From Bugula neritina (lineage: Eukaryota; Animalia; Bryozoa), in NCBI GenBank assembly GCA_964035545.1, contig OZ037769.1, positions 4,755,929 to 4,819,928 on the forward strand: a stretch of 64,000 nt of DNA, written 5' to 3'. Each line of letters opens with the position of its first letter. Within the stretch, counting starts at the first letter, position 1. The notes beneath the pieces were generated by a model. That model saw only the letters and a list, made by a program, of their open reading frames with translations, made no database searches and was not told the DNA's origin. Shown piece after piece: positions 40,912-52,610 of this stretch. The position numbers were made by a program, and so were the translations under genes.

Positions 40912-43900
40912 TGTAGAGGATTTTTACTGTAAGGCGAGTGAACTAACGTTGCCTCTACACAGCTACTTGTGGAGGTTATTGTGATAAGTGTATGACTACT
41001 GTTTTAACAGGGATAACCTGTCAAATACAGTATCAACTGGAGACAACAAGAAAATATTATTCTCTTGCTGCCACAACCTGCCTTTACTTATTGCAGTCTA
41101 CAATATGAAACCTGGCTATGACTGGGATAAGCAGTTATAAACCAGGCAACAGCAAGAATTAATGAATAATTAATTTCTTGCAACCAATAATTACACTGGG
41201 ATTAACAGTGTAAACTACTGTCAACCTTAGACTAATTATAAAAGCGATGAACAATTATAATTAGACAACCTCCGAGTAGACTGAATATTACTGCAGTTAG
41301 ATTGTATTGTTAGTCATCGTAACTGCTGCCTGTTATTATTACATAAAACAGAACTTACTTGGATACGTTTATGAATCTTTATTAGGCGATTAAAACGCAA
41401 CCACGCTAAGCTAACTCTAACTACTACTCCATTCTCACTCTACTAAACTCCTTCCCGCCGTGCGCAGGCTGGAAGTTAACCTTTGCGCAGTTAGCCTCTA
41501 AACAGAAATAACAAATATAAATTGTAAAAAATCTAAGTCAACACAAATACTATTCAATATGAATTCTATAATTGTAAAAAATAATTATAACAGGTAACTA
41601 AAATACATGAATACATGAGAGGACAAGTCCATTATACAGCCCCTTCCTTTAAATGACAAAACAAAACCTGGGGTCATTTAAAAAAAGAAAAACAATACAG
41701 AAGAATAATAGAAGTGTAAATGACAGTCAATTAGTCCCATTGGTTACTGCGATCAGTCTCTGGAAGTAGTCCCACAAAGTCAATAGCCACCTTCTGCCAA
41801 GGGCGACCACTGTAAAGTCGCTGCTTATTTGTGGTTTTGAGTATTCGACTCAGTTTGGCTATTTGACAAACTTCACAAGTTTTTATAGTCTTACTAACTT
41901 CCGACATCATGCCAGGCCAGAACCATTGTAGCTTTATCTGGGCCGCAGTCCGCATAACTCCGCTGTGTGTTAGGCGATGTGTCTCCCATATAATAGTTCT
42001 TCTTATGGGTTTTGGACACACAGCACACCAACGAAGACGGCTGTTTATTTTTAACTGGATCCTCCGCTTTCCTTCCACAATTTTCATAGCCTGTTTTAAA
42101 TTGTACAGCTTACGCAGTTCTGCACTACCGCATTCCAGGATCAAACTTGACAAATCTTCGTTTTTCTTGACAGCTCCGTAGATAGTAGCCACATTGCCCG
42201 ATTGTTGTTGTAATGTTGCTGCTTTGTCGCAGTCGTTCTGCCGGATCCAGCCTTTACCAGTGAGGCAGAAGAAGATAATTCTTCCACCGGCACTACAGAC
42301 GAAGATAATTCATCTGTTGTGGAATTCTTAGGCATATCCATTTCTCTAGGAATTTGTGGGTGGTAGACCGGAGGTGTCTCTGAGAAATCTTCTGGATTAG
42401 CAGAAGATTCTTTCTTGTTACCGCTAGAGCTGGAAGATGATCCCAAAGCTCTTACAACAGATATGTCAGGTGGGGTGAATGTCTTACTATAGTAGGATAT
42501 TACTTGTTCTTTCCCATTTTGAACCTGGGACAAGACTCCACCAACACCATCTGTGCTGGCATCTGTGTCCAGAATAAAAGGAAGCTTCGGATCGGGGTAG
42601 CCAAGCACGTGTAAGGCTACAAGAGACTTTTTCAAACTATCAAATGCTTGTTGGCAATATGGTGTCCAACAAAAAGAAGTGGATGGAGATGTGAGGCGAT
42701 TCAATGGGCTCGCTAGAGATGAGAACTTCGGAACATATTGGCGGTAATAGCCCGCTGTTCCAAGGAAAGCTCTCAGCTCTCGAACACATTTTGGAATAGA
42801 CCACTCACAAACATCCTTAATCTTTTCTGGGTTAGTAGACACACCATCAGAACTAACTATGTGTCCTAAATATTTCACTTTCTCTTTAAACAACTCACAT
42901 TTACTTGGTTTCAACTTGAGGCCAGCAGCTCGTAAGCGTTCAAAGACTACACCTAACCTCTCAACTTGCCATCTTTGCGCTTGACTAGAACAACCGGGGA
43001 ACTCCAGGCACTAGAAGAAGGAGTTATTAACCCTGGTTCAGATAACTTGTTTACTTGTCTCTCAACTTCTGCCTCTTTTTCTGGCCCTAACCTACGAGGT
43101 GCTTGACGTATGGGGGTAGTTCCAGGTTTGACAGAAATAGAATGCTCAACTAAATGTGTTCTGCCAACATCTGTATCAGACTTACTAAAAACATCTTGGT
43201 ATTCGATCAACAGTTGGGTGACTTGCCTTATTTCAGAACTAGTTTTACACAGCAAGCTAGCTTCTGAGTGTAGTTGCTTGAGATGATCAGGCAACCGAGA
43301 AGGTGCTGAGAAGTTATCATCAGCATTACCAGTGTGTAAACTAGTTGGTTCTAGTTGTTTGATGTCAACAACTTCGTCAACTGCTACTGGCTGGAACATA
43401 GCTACACATATACCAGCTTTAATTTGAACTGGCACTGCAGTGACATTCATGCATCGAATAGACACATGCCTTCTTTCATTTGCAGTACCTAGACTAGCTC
43501 CTATCAGACCATCAATCTTAGAATGTTCAAACTGAAAACTCTCAATTAGCCCTACTGAACTGGCTGTACTAACACACAGCCTTCCTATGACTGCCTTCTC
43601 CGGATGGGGAGGTATAACCTCAGGGTATACCACTTGCACCTTGTTTTGTAGGAAAGCACCATGTCGATCTGTACACTTAAGATCCTTGTTTCTAATTTTT
43701 AAACTTTGAAAACCAAAATTCATTACACATGAATGCTGTTCCAAGAACGGCATTCCCAATATCCCATCTTCCCTGATGGGACACACCAAAAATTGTGCTT
43801 GAAAGCTATGTCTCTGAGTCCACCTAAACACTCCATGGTTCCTAAGATCTCCATTTGAATACCATCTGCTAGCACTCCTTGAGAGCTATATGGTAACAAT

Positions 43901-45801
43901 TGATCTCCAACTCCCTTAGACATCCTTTCCCACACAGGCAGCGCAATTATATTAGCTGTGCTCCCAAAATCTATTAAAAATTGAACTGCCTTGCCGTGTA
44001 CTTTCCCTGGAAGGAAATCACTTGGACTTAGTGGTGGTGATTCACCCACTTGGGATAACTCCGTGGTAGAAGCCTTGACAGCTACACTACCTGATGACAA
44101 GAGACAATCATTGTCAACTGTAGCCAGACAGTCATTACCAGGGTCAACTGAAGATAATTCAGTGACCTGGTTAACTGAACTAGTTAAAATATCACCCACT
44201 TCATTTGAAGTGGAAGACCTGATGTTAAGTCCACGGTCAGCAGGTCCTGCTGCCGCGGACTGCTGTCGTTTCCCGGCTTCGGTTTAGAATGTCCCGTAAG
44301 TTTGGGACACTGGCGTTTCATGTGTGGTCCACCACAATTGAAACATTCTATCTTGCTTCCTGTAGAGGTTGCAGATGAGTGTGGGCCCCGCCCACGATAA
44401 CCAGAATTATTGTTGCGAGAACCTATTAATAATTCAGTTACCGCTTTAGTGTTGGCTTCCATTTGCTTAATCATTTGCACCATCAGGTTTTCCATGTTGG
44501 TGGAAGGTTGAGCTGCTAGTGCTGATTCTATCTCAACTGCAGAAATAGGAGGACGACTCCTACCGCTGTTTCCAATATCAAAGTAGTTTTGTGCTACTTT
44601 GGGAGCATCAGACACACATTCAATTGGCAGAAACATCAGATGTCTTCTTGAAACATTATGATTCAGAGCTCTCATAAAAGCATCTAACGCAATTGCATTT
44701 CTAGACTGTGAATCAGTGTCTGGGTACCCAATTGAGACGAGCCGCTCTACTTCTGAGCCAAGGACATGCTCCTGCATCTGTCCATCCATTGGCTTCTTTA
44801 ATCTCCTGAAAGTGCTGGAGATACAACTCCACATCTCCTGAGCCATCAAACTTCTTTAGTCTGAAGTTATCTCTCCTACCTCCACTTACTTGCAGCAAAT
44901 CAACTAATCTATATAATGAATCTTCACGAACTGGAGATGGAGTCTGTTGACGTCTACGAGGAGGCATTATGAAAGAAATGCAAAGTAAAAATATAAATAT
45001 TCAATTTGAAAAAACAAGAATCAACTAACCACTTATCTTCAATAACTGATCCCACTGCTGCCACCAGTGTAGAGGATTCTTACTGTATGGCAAGTGAACT
45101 AACGTTGCCTCTACGCAACTACTTGTGGGGGTTATTGAGATAAGTGTATGACTACTGTTTTAACAGGGATAACCTGTCAAATACAGTATCAACTGGAGAC
45201 AACAAGAAAATATTATTCTCTTGCTGCCACAACCTGCCTTTACTTATTGCAGTCTACAATATGAAACCTGGCTATGACTGGGATAAGCAGTTATAAACCA
45301 GGCAACAGCAAGAATTAATGAATAATTAATTTCTTGCAACCAATAATTACACTGGGATTAACAGTGTAAACTATTGTCAACCTTAGACTAATTATAAAAG
45401 TGATGGAACAATTATAATTAGACAACCTCCGAGTAGACTGAATATCACTGCAGTTAGATTGTATTGTTAGTCATCGTAACCACTTTACTGCTGCCTGTTA
45501 TTATTATATAAAACAGAACTTACTTGGATACGTTTATGAATCTTTATTAGGCAATTAAAACGCAACCATGCTAAGCTAACTCTAACTACTACTCCATTCT
45601 CACTCTACTAAGCTCATTCCCGCCGTGCGCAGGCTGGAAGTTAACCTTTGCGCAGTTGGCCTCTAAACAGAAATAACAAATATAAATTGTAAAAAATCTA
45701 AGTCAACACAAATACTATTTAATATGTATTTTATAATTGTAAAAATTAATTATAACAGGTAACTAAAATACATGAATACATGAGAGGACAAATCCATTAC
45801 A
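40912..45801 (-). mobile_element. decayed Gypsy LTR retrotransposon
   Basis: 5' LTR 45068-45801 and 3' LTR 40912-41638 (~97% by eye, about 21 substitutions and 3 indels); GCAC TSD; PBS TGGTGGCAGCAGTGGGAT (tRNA-Leu); PPT AAAGGAAGGGGC. Confidence 0.95.
41731..44967 (-). pseudogene. fragmented gag-pol
   Basis: Gag pieces with CFNCGGPHMKRQC; protease FLIDFGS; RT N-terminus [16 protein letters not shown] joined almost directly to LKPSKC (YxDD core deleted); RNase H DTDAS truncated; integrase H..H..CEVC and PWQKVAID truncated. Confidence 0.9.
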
Positions 45802-45889
45802 GCACAATCGCAACACAGCTTTCCATGTGATGCATATATGGTTTGAAAAATATTATTTTTCAAAACCAATATATCCCCATATATATATT

Positions 45890-46330
45890 CGGGCATCTCA
45901 TACAGTAGACGTGTAAGTACTGCCTGCTTGTGAGTATTCACATTTAATATGAGTCTTCTTGTAACCGATGTCTGTGTTAAAGCATCTCACACAGTTCAAG
46001 CTTATACTGGTTAGGGTCCTCAAATCTCCTAATTAGTTAAGGTGCAGTTCGCAGCACCCAATTTAACACGGGTTAATAGGTCTCTTTCTGTACCTCATAT
46101 ATCTATTCAGGCATCTCGTTCAGTAAACGTGCAAGCGCTGCCTGCTTGTGAGTATTCACATTTAATATGGGTCTTCTTGTATCCAATGTCTGTCTTCAGG
46201 CATTTCATGCAATGTGTGTACCCAATTGTCATTGCCTTCAGATCTAGCTTCTTAAGGTACTGTCCGCTGTACCCAAATTATTACGAGCCAATGGATAATT
46301 CTCTGTACCCTATTTAAGCATCTCGTATAG
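45890..46330. repeat. diverged tandem duplication, period ~219 bp
   Basis: CTGCCTGCTTGTGAGTATTCACATTTAATATG at about 45920 and 46138 with flanking similarity. Confidence 0.65.
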
Positions 46331-47444
46331 TGCACATGGACATGGTTCTCAGATCTTCAAGTTTATTGGACTACTGTTTGCAGAAACCACACCTCTGTTG
46401 AGTTAAGTCGTTTTTGACTATTTTACAATGTGACATTATACGTAGGTTTCAAGATTTTGGAAAAAGGTGGAAGTAAATCAACAATAACTGTTGATTAGCA
46501 GATAAGCTACTGCAAAAAATATGTATATGGAAAAATGAAATTACATATTAAGACATTACACATTCACCACTTAGAATAAACTTCATGGTGTTTTTTCCAT
46601 GATATGAGAGATTTTCAATTTGTTTCATATAAATGATATTCTGAGTTTAATGTTGTTGAGTTGGAGACTGATGCCATCTTGTTTGTGTTGATTATTAGGA
46701 TAAAATTGGTAGAGTTGTATTTGACAAGACTGTTATATTTTACGTATGTAGAAGAAGAGAAAGAACAAGAAAAGGTATTGCGGGTAATAAAATAAAGTAT
46801 TCGTACAGAGAGAAGACAATTAATAATCAGGTTATTTGTTAGTTATAAATGTTTATTGTCACAACAGCGGAAGATTGTATCCTATCAACAAGTGTGTCAC
46901 TGTCTGAATTTTATGGGGAAAGATGATGTCGAGTTTAAATATTTGCAGCTCGTTGAGCAGAGGACAACCTTTTATCAGTAAATGTTCAAGATGATTATAA
47001 TTTTTAATAGAATATCATTTTATACTTAAGTGCTGAGGTGTTTCTGTTGAACCTATTTTCATTTCTCAGCAGAGGTCTGAGGTCAGGAATAGCACCTTTA
47101 AAGGTGATATTTTACCTTGTTTTTAATACACTTTCAGACAGCATTATTCAGTAATTTAGTACCAGTATTTATCAGTGTAATAGTATTATACTTAAAGTTC
47201 ACTGAAATATCTTTATTTTGAAAGCACAACTGATCACTACGAACACATTTCTAAGACAGACAACATATATTATATAAACCACAAAGATGAAGGAATTTAG
47301 GACATAAAGGAAAACCACACAACAGCTATAATAATATTTACAAAAACGGTTACACAACTGCATGATGCAATGTCATGCACATTACATTTCCCCCTGATCT
47401 TATCAGATCAAACAGATATATAATAAAACAAAAAGAAAAAACGT

Positions 47445-50400
47445 TTAGTCATCTACATAAAAGTCTGCTAACCACCTAGGTGGCCGTCTATCTCTTACTG
47501 GTCGATCAATCACTTCGTCTACACTTTCACCTTCCTCAACATTTTCACCATCCACAACTCTATTTGCATCTGCATCCTCATCAGCATTATCTGGGCTCAG
47601 GTTAATTTCAATGTCTCCATGTACCTGAGATTGTTGTTTTGTACTGGATGAAATGTCACCACTTTTCCTGTTCCCTGCATTAGCCAGTCGGACATCACTT
47701 ATATGTCGTGTCATACCATCTACCATCACCGCAGTGTTTGACACAACCCTGGTAATCATGCCCTGTGGCCATGCAGTTGTGCATTTAGAATTCACAGGTT
47801 TTACATAAACTTTGTCTCCTACATTGTAGGGGTTTTTTGTAATGTCTGTGGGCTTGCCTATTGTTGATGGTGATACTTTAGGCAGCTTTACATCATAACT
47901 GTATAAACTTTGTGAGGGTACTACATTGTTACTATTTGGGGTGTTGTTGTACCAAAATACCATATTTTCTATTGAAGATCTAGTTCGAGCTGCTATTCTT
48001 TTTATAGTCCTGTGATTGCGCTCTATGACACCATTCCCAGATGCTCTATAAGCACAGCTAAATATGTGCTGTACATCCCATTGCCTAAGTAGCTGTTCCA
48101 ATCTGTCACTTCTGAAACATGGTCCGTTGTCTGACAGTAACTCTGTTGGTGGACCACGTTGCTGAAACACCTTTAGTAGCTGATTTACCACAGAGTCAGC
48201 AGTCTCATTCTGCAACTTTATCCACACAGCGAATCTACTTGGGCCACAGTCGATAATAGTCAAGTATGGTACACGATTATAATGACTCACATCCATTGCC
48301 AGCCTATACCAATTCTCATTGACCTCCAGAACTCCTCTTTCCCACTGCACTGGAGAAGGGTCAATGCTCCTACACACAGCACATTCTTTAACTACTCTTT
48401 CAACTAACTCCTTGTCTATGCCTCCTCCAAATTTACATTTAGCTAAATAAAATGTTCTTTCAATGCCCAAATGATGCATTCCATGCAGCTTGGCTATTTC
48501 ATCCTTCAGGTCAGCTACATCAGGAGTTGTCACACCTGCACTTGCACAGGTTATTCGCTTACTAAGCCATGCTGAACTCACCCGTGTCAGAGCATCCGCC
48601 CAATTCTCAGCTGATTTCACTAAATGTATTTTTAATGACAGCTTGTACTCTTCTATCAGTTCTGCTATAACACCTAACCTACGTTTCACAATCATCTCAT
48701 TCATGCCATTAACTTTTGGTCTGACACTATCATTGATTACAGATGTGACCCACCTGAATACTGACATTGAATCGGTTTTCACTACAATGTTGCATAGATT
48801 CCATTTTAAAGCCAGATTTAGGCCTTTTACCACAGCTTCTAACTCTGCTACATTAATGTGGGTGCAATCATCGGGTTTTCTCATCCACGAAGCATCCTCC
48901 ACTATCTGGCCATCTATTTGCACAGACACCCCTATTGCCAAACTGCTTGCATCACACCATACAGTGCCTGTATCAGTATTAGCCACATGCCACTTTCCTT
49001 TCACAGGATCAGATTTTGCAACTCTATCTAATGTCTCTAACAACATTTTTTGGACGTGGTCAGACACAGCACTATCCCACATATCTGATTGCGTTAACCT
49101 TTTCATAAAACTGCATGCTACCCTAAGCCACCCTGCTACAGGAAAATGTCCAGTCAGTTTACCACACACCGAAAACAGCTCTCGCTTGCTTATGTTGCTA
49201 TTTGACTCAAGAGATGGGAGCTCACCATCACGCTGCCAGCTATAACATGACATGCCACCTCTCCACCCCTCTCTAACCCTTAGCCCTAAAACTCTAGCAT
49301 TACTCAGTTTCTCTGGTTCTTTAGTTACCAAACCAAACTTCAACAAATAATTTCGAACTACTTCTACCGAAACAACAGTCTCATCAACTATAATGTCATC
49401 TATATAACTATCAGTACCTTTGCGTATAGTGTCATCTTGAGCCAGGACTGTAGATAAAACTTTTGACATGATTTTAGGCGCCACATTTAAACCAAAACCT
49501 AACCTAGTCATTACATAGATCTTACCCTCATACCGTACAGCTTGGAACTTTTGCAAATCACTATCCACATGAAGTTGTAAGTAAGCTTTTCTTAGATCTA
49601 GCAAACTGGCATTGTCATCAAGTAACCTCCATTTCCTCAATTTATCCTGACAAATGGCAGTGTCACCACTGGGCTTACTGTAGATGTATTTGTTGAGTTC
49701 TCTACTATAATCCATAACAGGTCGGACCTGGGTTGGTTTATTTGGCTGGGCAGCAGCCATCAATGGTACAATTCCAGTGACTGTACCATGCAATTTATTG
49801 TCATACAATTGTAGCCATCCATCATTAATCCATTGCTGAATCTGCTCATGGTAACTCTGTTTGAATTTGTCTTTTACAGCATACTGACCACATTGATTCT
49901 GTAATATCGGCTCACCATTTTCCCATTTCCACCTCACTGTCCATTTTTTACCATCAAATTTAGCATTAAAGTCAATGTCACTAACAAAAAGTTCACCTTT
50001 ACTATCACTAGTTAATGTCTTATCAAATCTATCTACTCCTACACCTACACTAACAGCACTAACGTTACCTACTTCTGTTGTTGGTTCAACTGCAGGAAAC
50101 ATCACTTGCTTATTCCTAGTAATTGTCACACCACCTAATTTGCTAATAGCATCCATTCCCAAAATTAAAGAGCAACCACCTACTAACATTGGAGCTATTA
50201 AACATTTTACAGAGAGACGACGATTTCTAACCTGCACTGCTAATTGAGCTTCACCCCTACATTTAGTTATTTGTCCATTTAGCATTAAAATCCTCCGTTC
50301 AGGACCACATGGTGCAACACCTATTTGATTACAAAATCTTTCTAAAACTACTGATTGTTCACAACCACTATCTACTAGTGCTTTTATGCTCACACTGTTT

Positions 50401-50498
50401 ACATTTAAAGTTATTAGTGGTAGCACCGAATTGTAATTTAGTTGTTGGGGTGAGCATCCGGTGCTGACACTGCCCCAGCGCCGTTTCCCTGTGGGCAA
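47445..50498 (-). CDS. pol: Pol polyprotein, uninterrupted, probably entered by -1 frameshift
   Basis: ALVDSG protease; LDLRKAYLQ, RLGFGLNVAP, YIDD RT; WCDAS, AELEA, KTDS, NWAD RNase H; H..HH..CAVC and MD/SDNG/IER integrase. Confidence 0.93.
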   Translation of the reverse strand: MPTGKRRWGSVSTGCSPQQLNYNSVLPLITLNVNSVSIKALVDSGCEQSVVLERFCNQIGVAPCGPERRILMLNGQITKCRGEAQLAVQVRNRRLSVKCLIAPMLVGGCSLILGMDAISKLGGVTITRNKQVMFPAVEPTTEVGNVSAVSVGVGVDRFDKTLTSDSKGELFVSDIDFNAKFDGKKWTVRWKWENGEPILQNQCGQYAVKDKFKQSYHEQIQQWINDGWLQLYDNKLHGTVTGIVPLMAAAQPNKPTQVRPVMDYSRELNKYIYSKPSGDTAICQDKLRKWRLLDDNASLLDLRKAYLQLHVDSDLQKFQAVRYEGKIYVMTRLGFGLNVAPKIMSKVLSTVLAQDDTIRKGTDSYIDDIIVDETVVSVEVVRNYLLKFGLVTKEPEKLSNARVLGLRVREGWRGGMSCYSWQRDGELPSLESNSNISKRELFSVCGKLTGHFPVAGWLRVACSFMKRLTQSDMWDSAVSDHVQKMLLETLDRVAKSDPVKGKWHVANTDTGTVWCDASSLAIGVSVQIDGQIVEDASWMRKPDDCTHINVAELEAVVKGLNLALKWNLCNIVVKTDSMSVFRWVTSVINDSVRPKVNGMNEMIVKRRLGVIAELIEEYKLSLKIHLVKSAENWADALTRVSSAWLSKRITCASAGVTTPDVADLKDEIAKLHGMHHLGIERTFYLAKCKFGGGIDKELVERVVKECAVCRSIDPSPVQWERGVLEVNENWYRLAMDVSHYNRVPYLTIIDCGPSRFAVWIKLQNETADSVVNQLLKVFQQRGPPTELLSDNGPCFRSDRLEQLLRQWDVQHIFSCAYRASGNGVIERNHRTIKRIAARTRSSIENMVFWYNNTPNSNNVVPSQSLYSYDVKLPKVSPSTIGKPTDITKNPYNVGDKVYVKPVNSKCTTAWPQGMITRVVSNTAVMVDGMTRHISDVRLANAGNRKSGDISSSTKQQSQVHGDIEINLSPDNADEDADANRVVDGENVEEGESVDEVIDRPVRDRRPPRWLADFYVDD

Positions 50499-51205
50499 TT
50501 CCTACTGATATGCCCCCAAGCCTGACAATTATAGCACTGAATGCTCCATCTTCTGTATTGTTGATGATTATTGGCATTCCGATTAGCATTCATGTTCCCA
50601 TTTTGACTTTTTCCAGTGTTACAGCTCCAAGCTGAATGGTGTGGTGAAAAACATTTAAAACACTTTCTAGTAACATTCCTACCAGCAGCACAGGGTGTCA
50701 AAGTGTCTACAGTTGCTGTTGATAACATCATCCTAGCTCTACCAACTAACTCTTCTAAGCTCAACTTTTCAACAGCAGCGACAGATTTTATTTGTGTAGC
50801 AACATCCACTGGCAAACCAGCAATAAATGCACATTTCAGTAAAGGCTCAGGAGTTTTCTGACCTATCAGTGTTACTAGCCTTCTCAAGTCAGCTACATAG
50901 ACATCTACAGCCTCACCTTCTTTTAGACTTCTTGATCTAAGTTGATCGTAAGCACTGTAACTGCTCTCACAGAATGACGTCATCAGTTCAGCCTTTAACT
51001 TCGGAAAGTCTGATTTAACATCCTCTGAAAACTGTTTTTACACAGTAAATGCTGGACCTGCCAAGAATAATGGCAGAAACGATGCAAGATCTTCTACTTT
51101 CTGTAACTTTGCTACTAGCTCCAGCTTCTCACACCACTCAGTAAAGTCTCCACTAACCGAACTGTCCTCATAATTTTTCACTAGATCCGACACCCTGACT
51201 GCCAT
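50438..51205 (-). pseudogene. gag: gag with two CCHC knuckles and one in-frame stop
   Basis: ATG 51205 MAVRVSDLVK..FTEWCEKLELVAKLQ..FLPLFLAGPAFTV*; TAA at 51038-51040, then the same frame continues to CFKCFSPHHSAWSC and CYNCQAWGHISRNC. Confidence 0.85.
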
Positions 51206-51224
51206 ATTTCTACCACTGATAAAT

Positions 51225-51236
51225 GCCGAAATAGCT
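51225..51236 (-). promoter_or_regulatory. atypical primer-binding site complementary to tRNA-Phe nt 1-12
   Basis: Element sense strand reads LTR..TTACA-AGCTATTTCGGC; complement GCCGAAATAGCT equals the 5' end of metazoan tRNA-Phe(GAA) as I recall it. Confidence 0.7.
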
Positions 51237-52610
51237 TGTAATAGTATTATACTTAAAGTTCACTGAAATATCTTTATTTTGAAAGCACAACTGATCACTA
51301 CGAACACATTTCTAAGACAGACAACATATATTATATAAACCACAAAGATGAAGGAATTTAGGACATAAAGGAAAACCACACAACAGCTATAATAATATTT
51401 ACAAAAACGGTTACACAACTGCATGATGCAATGTCATGCACATTACAATCAGCAGCTCCTATTTCTAGGAAGGTCATTCCTCTACTTTGAGTTATTTTTT
51501 ACGAAAGCAGTTAAATTTTTTAATAAACTTGCCAGATAAAAGCAATTTGTGGATTTGTCTTTGTGCCCGCTAGTTGATATACGTTTTCGTTTTTTTTCCA
51601 GACCAACCAATTTCAAACTGAGTCGGCATTATTTGTTTTCCAGCTTTTGTTTCACCATCTGTATTTTCATTTTATTTTCTTCCTCCGGCTCCAAGAAGTA
51701 CTTCTTCGTCTGTGCTCCTTTTTTTCTACCGCTGCTGTAGATGACTTCACTCATCTTGCAACTATGAATGTCGATTTGGTGATATTGGCATTAGCAGAAT
51801 GTGTAGGATTAGTATATTTTGTAATACATAATATAAATTGATCATTTTTAAGGATGCATGAAAGTTTCCTATCCGGAATGTGGGAATCTGCTATTTAACT
51901 TTCAAAGATTTCAATTAATCCCTCTGTAGTCAACTTTCACAAGTATGATTCTATCATTGCAATCATGTATTGCCAGTAGATACTCGCTATTACACAACTC
52001 TTTTTAGGTGTTTACCAAGCCCAGAAGTGATACATACCTGGCCAGTTGTACTAGCTTCGTGGCCGAGTATGTTGTATCGAAACACATCCCTTGCGAGATT
52101 GACCTGGGGCCATAGATTCTCTGTGGGAATTAGCACGGTCTCTCAAATATTATTAACCTATTTTATCGGAGAGAACCCCATAAAGCTAATGCATTGGACC
52201 TAATATACACTGATGCATTGTCTCTTAAAGTTGCCAGTTCAAATTGATATGTAAACTCTGCTTTAATTTTCAATGACATTTTAGGGGCCAACACTACTAT
52301 TACAGAAGTTTAAAGTTGGAATTTATCATGTATATATTATAGTAAAAGAGGCGATAGATTTTTGAAGGCATAGCTTGAGTTTTATTATGGCATTCTTTGT
52401 TCGGTAATACCAAATAAACTTTGTTTTGGAAATACTACACTGAACCACATTTCTATTGTTTTACTATGTTCCTGTTCATTAATCTTTTGTATTTGCATCA
52501 AGCATTTATTGATTGGTGATTGACCCATCCTTTACAATAGAACATGCATATGATTACAAAGAAAACAAATTAGTTGAAACTTTGTGGTATGATGGAGTGC
52601 TAGCTCTAGA

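Larger units (their letters stand above)
47176..51447 (-). mobile_element. young near-intact LTR retrotransposon (4272 bp), PR-RT-RH-IN order
   Basis: 211-bp TG..CA LTRs 51237-51447 (5') and 47176-47386 (3') with no difference seen; 5-bp TSD ATCAG; PPT AGATCAGGGGGAAA. Confidence 0.97.

Noticed and set aside
48490-49245. 251-aa plus-strand ORF and other antisense ORFs in the retroelements
   Set aside because: Antisense shadows of pol/gag with no recognisable motifs
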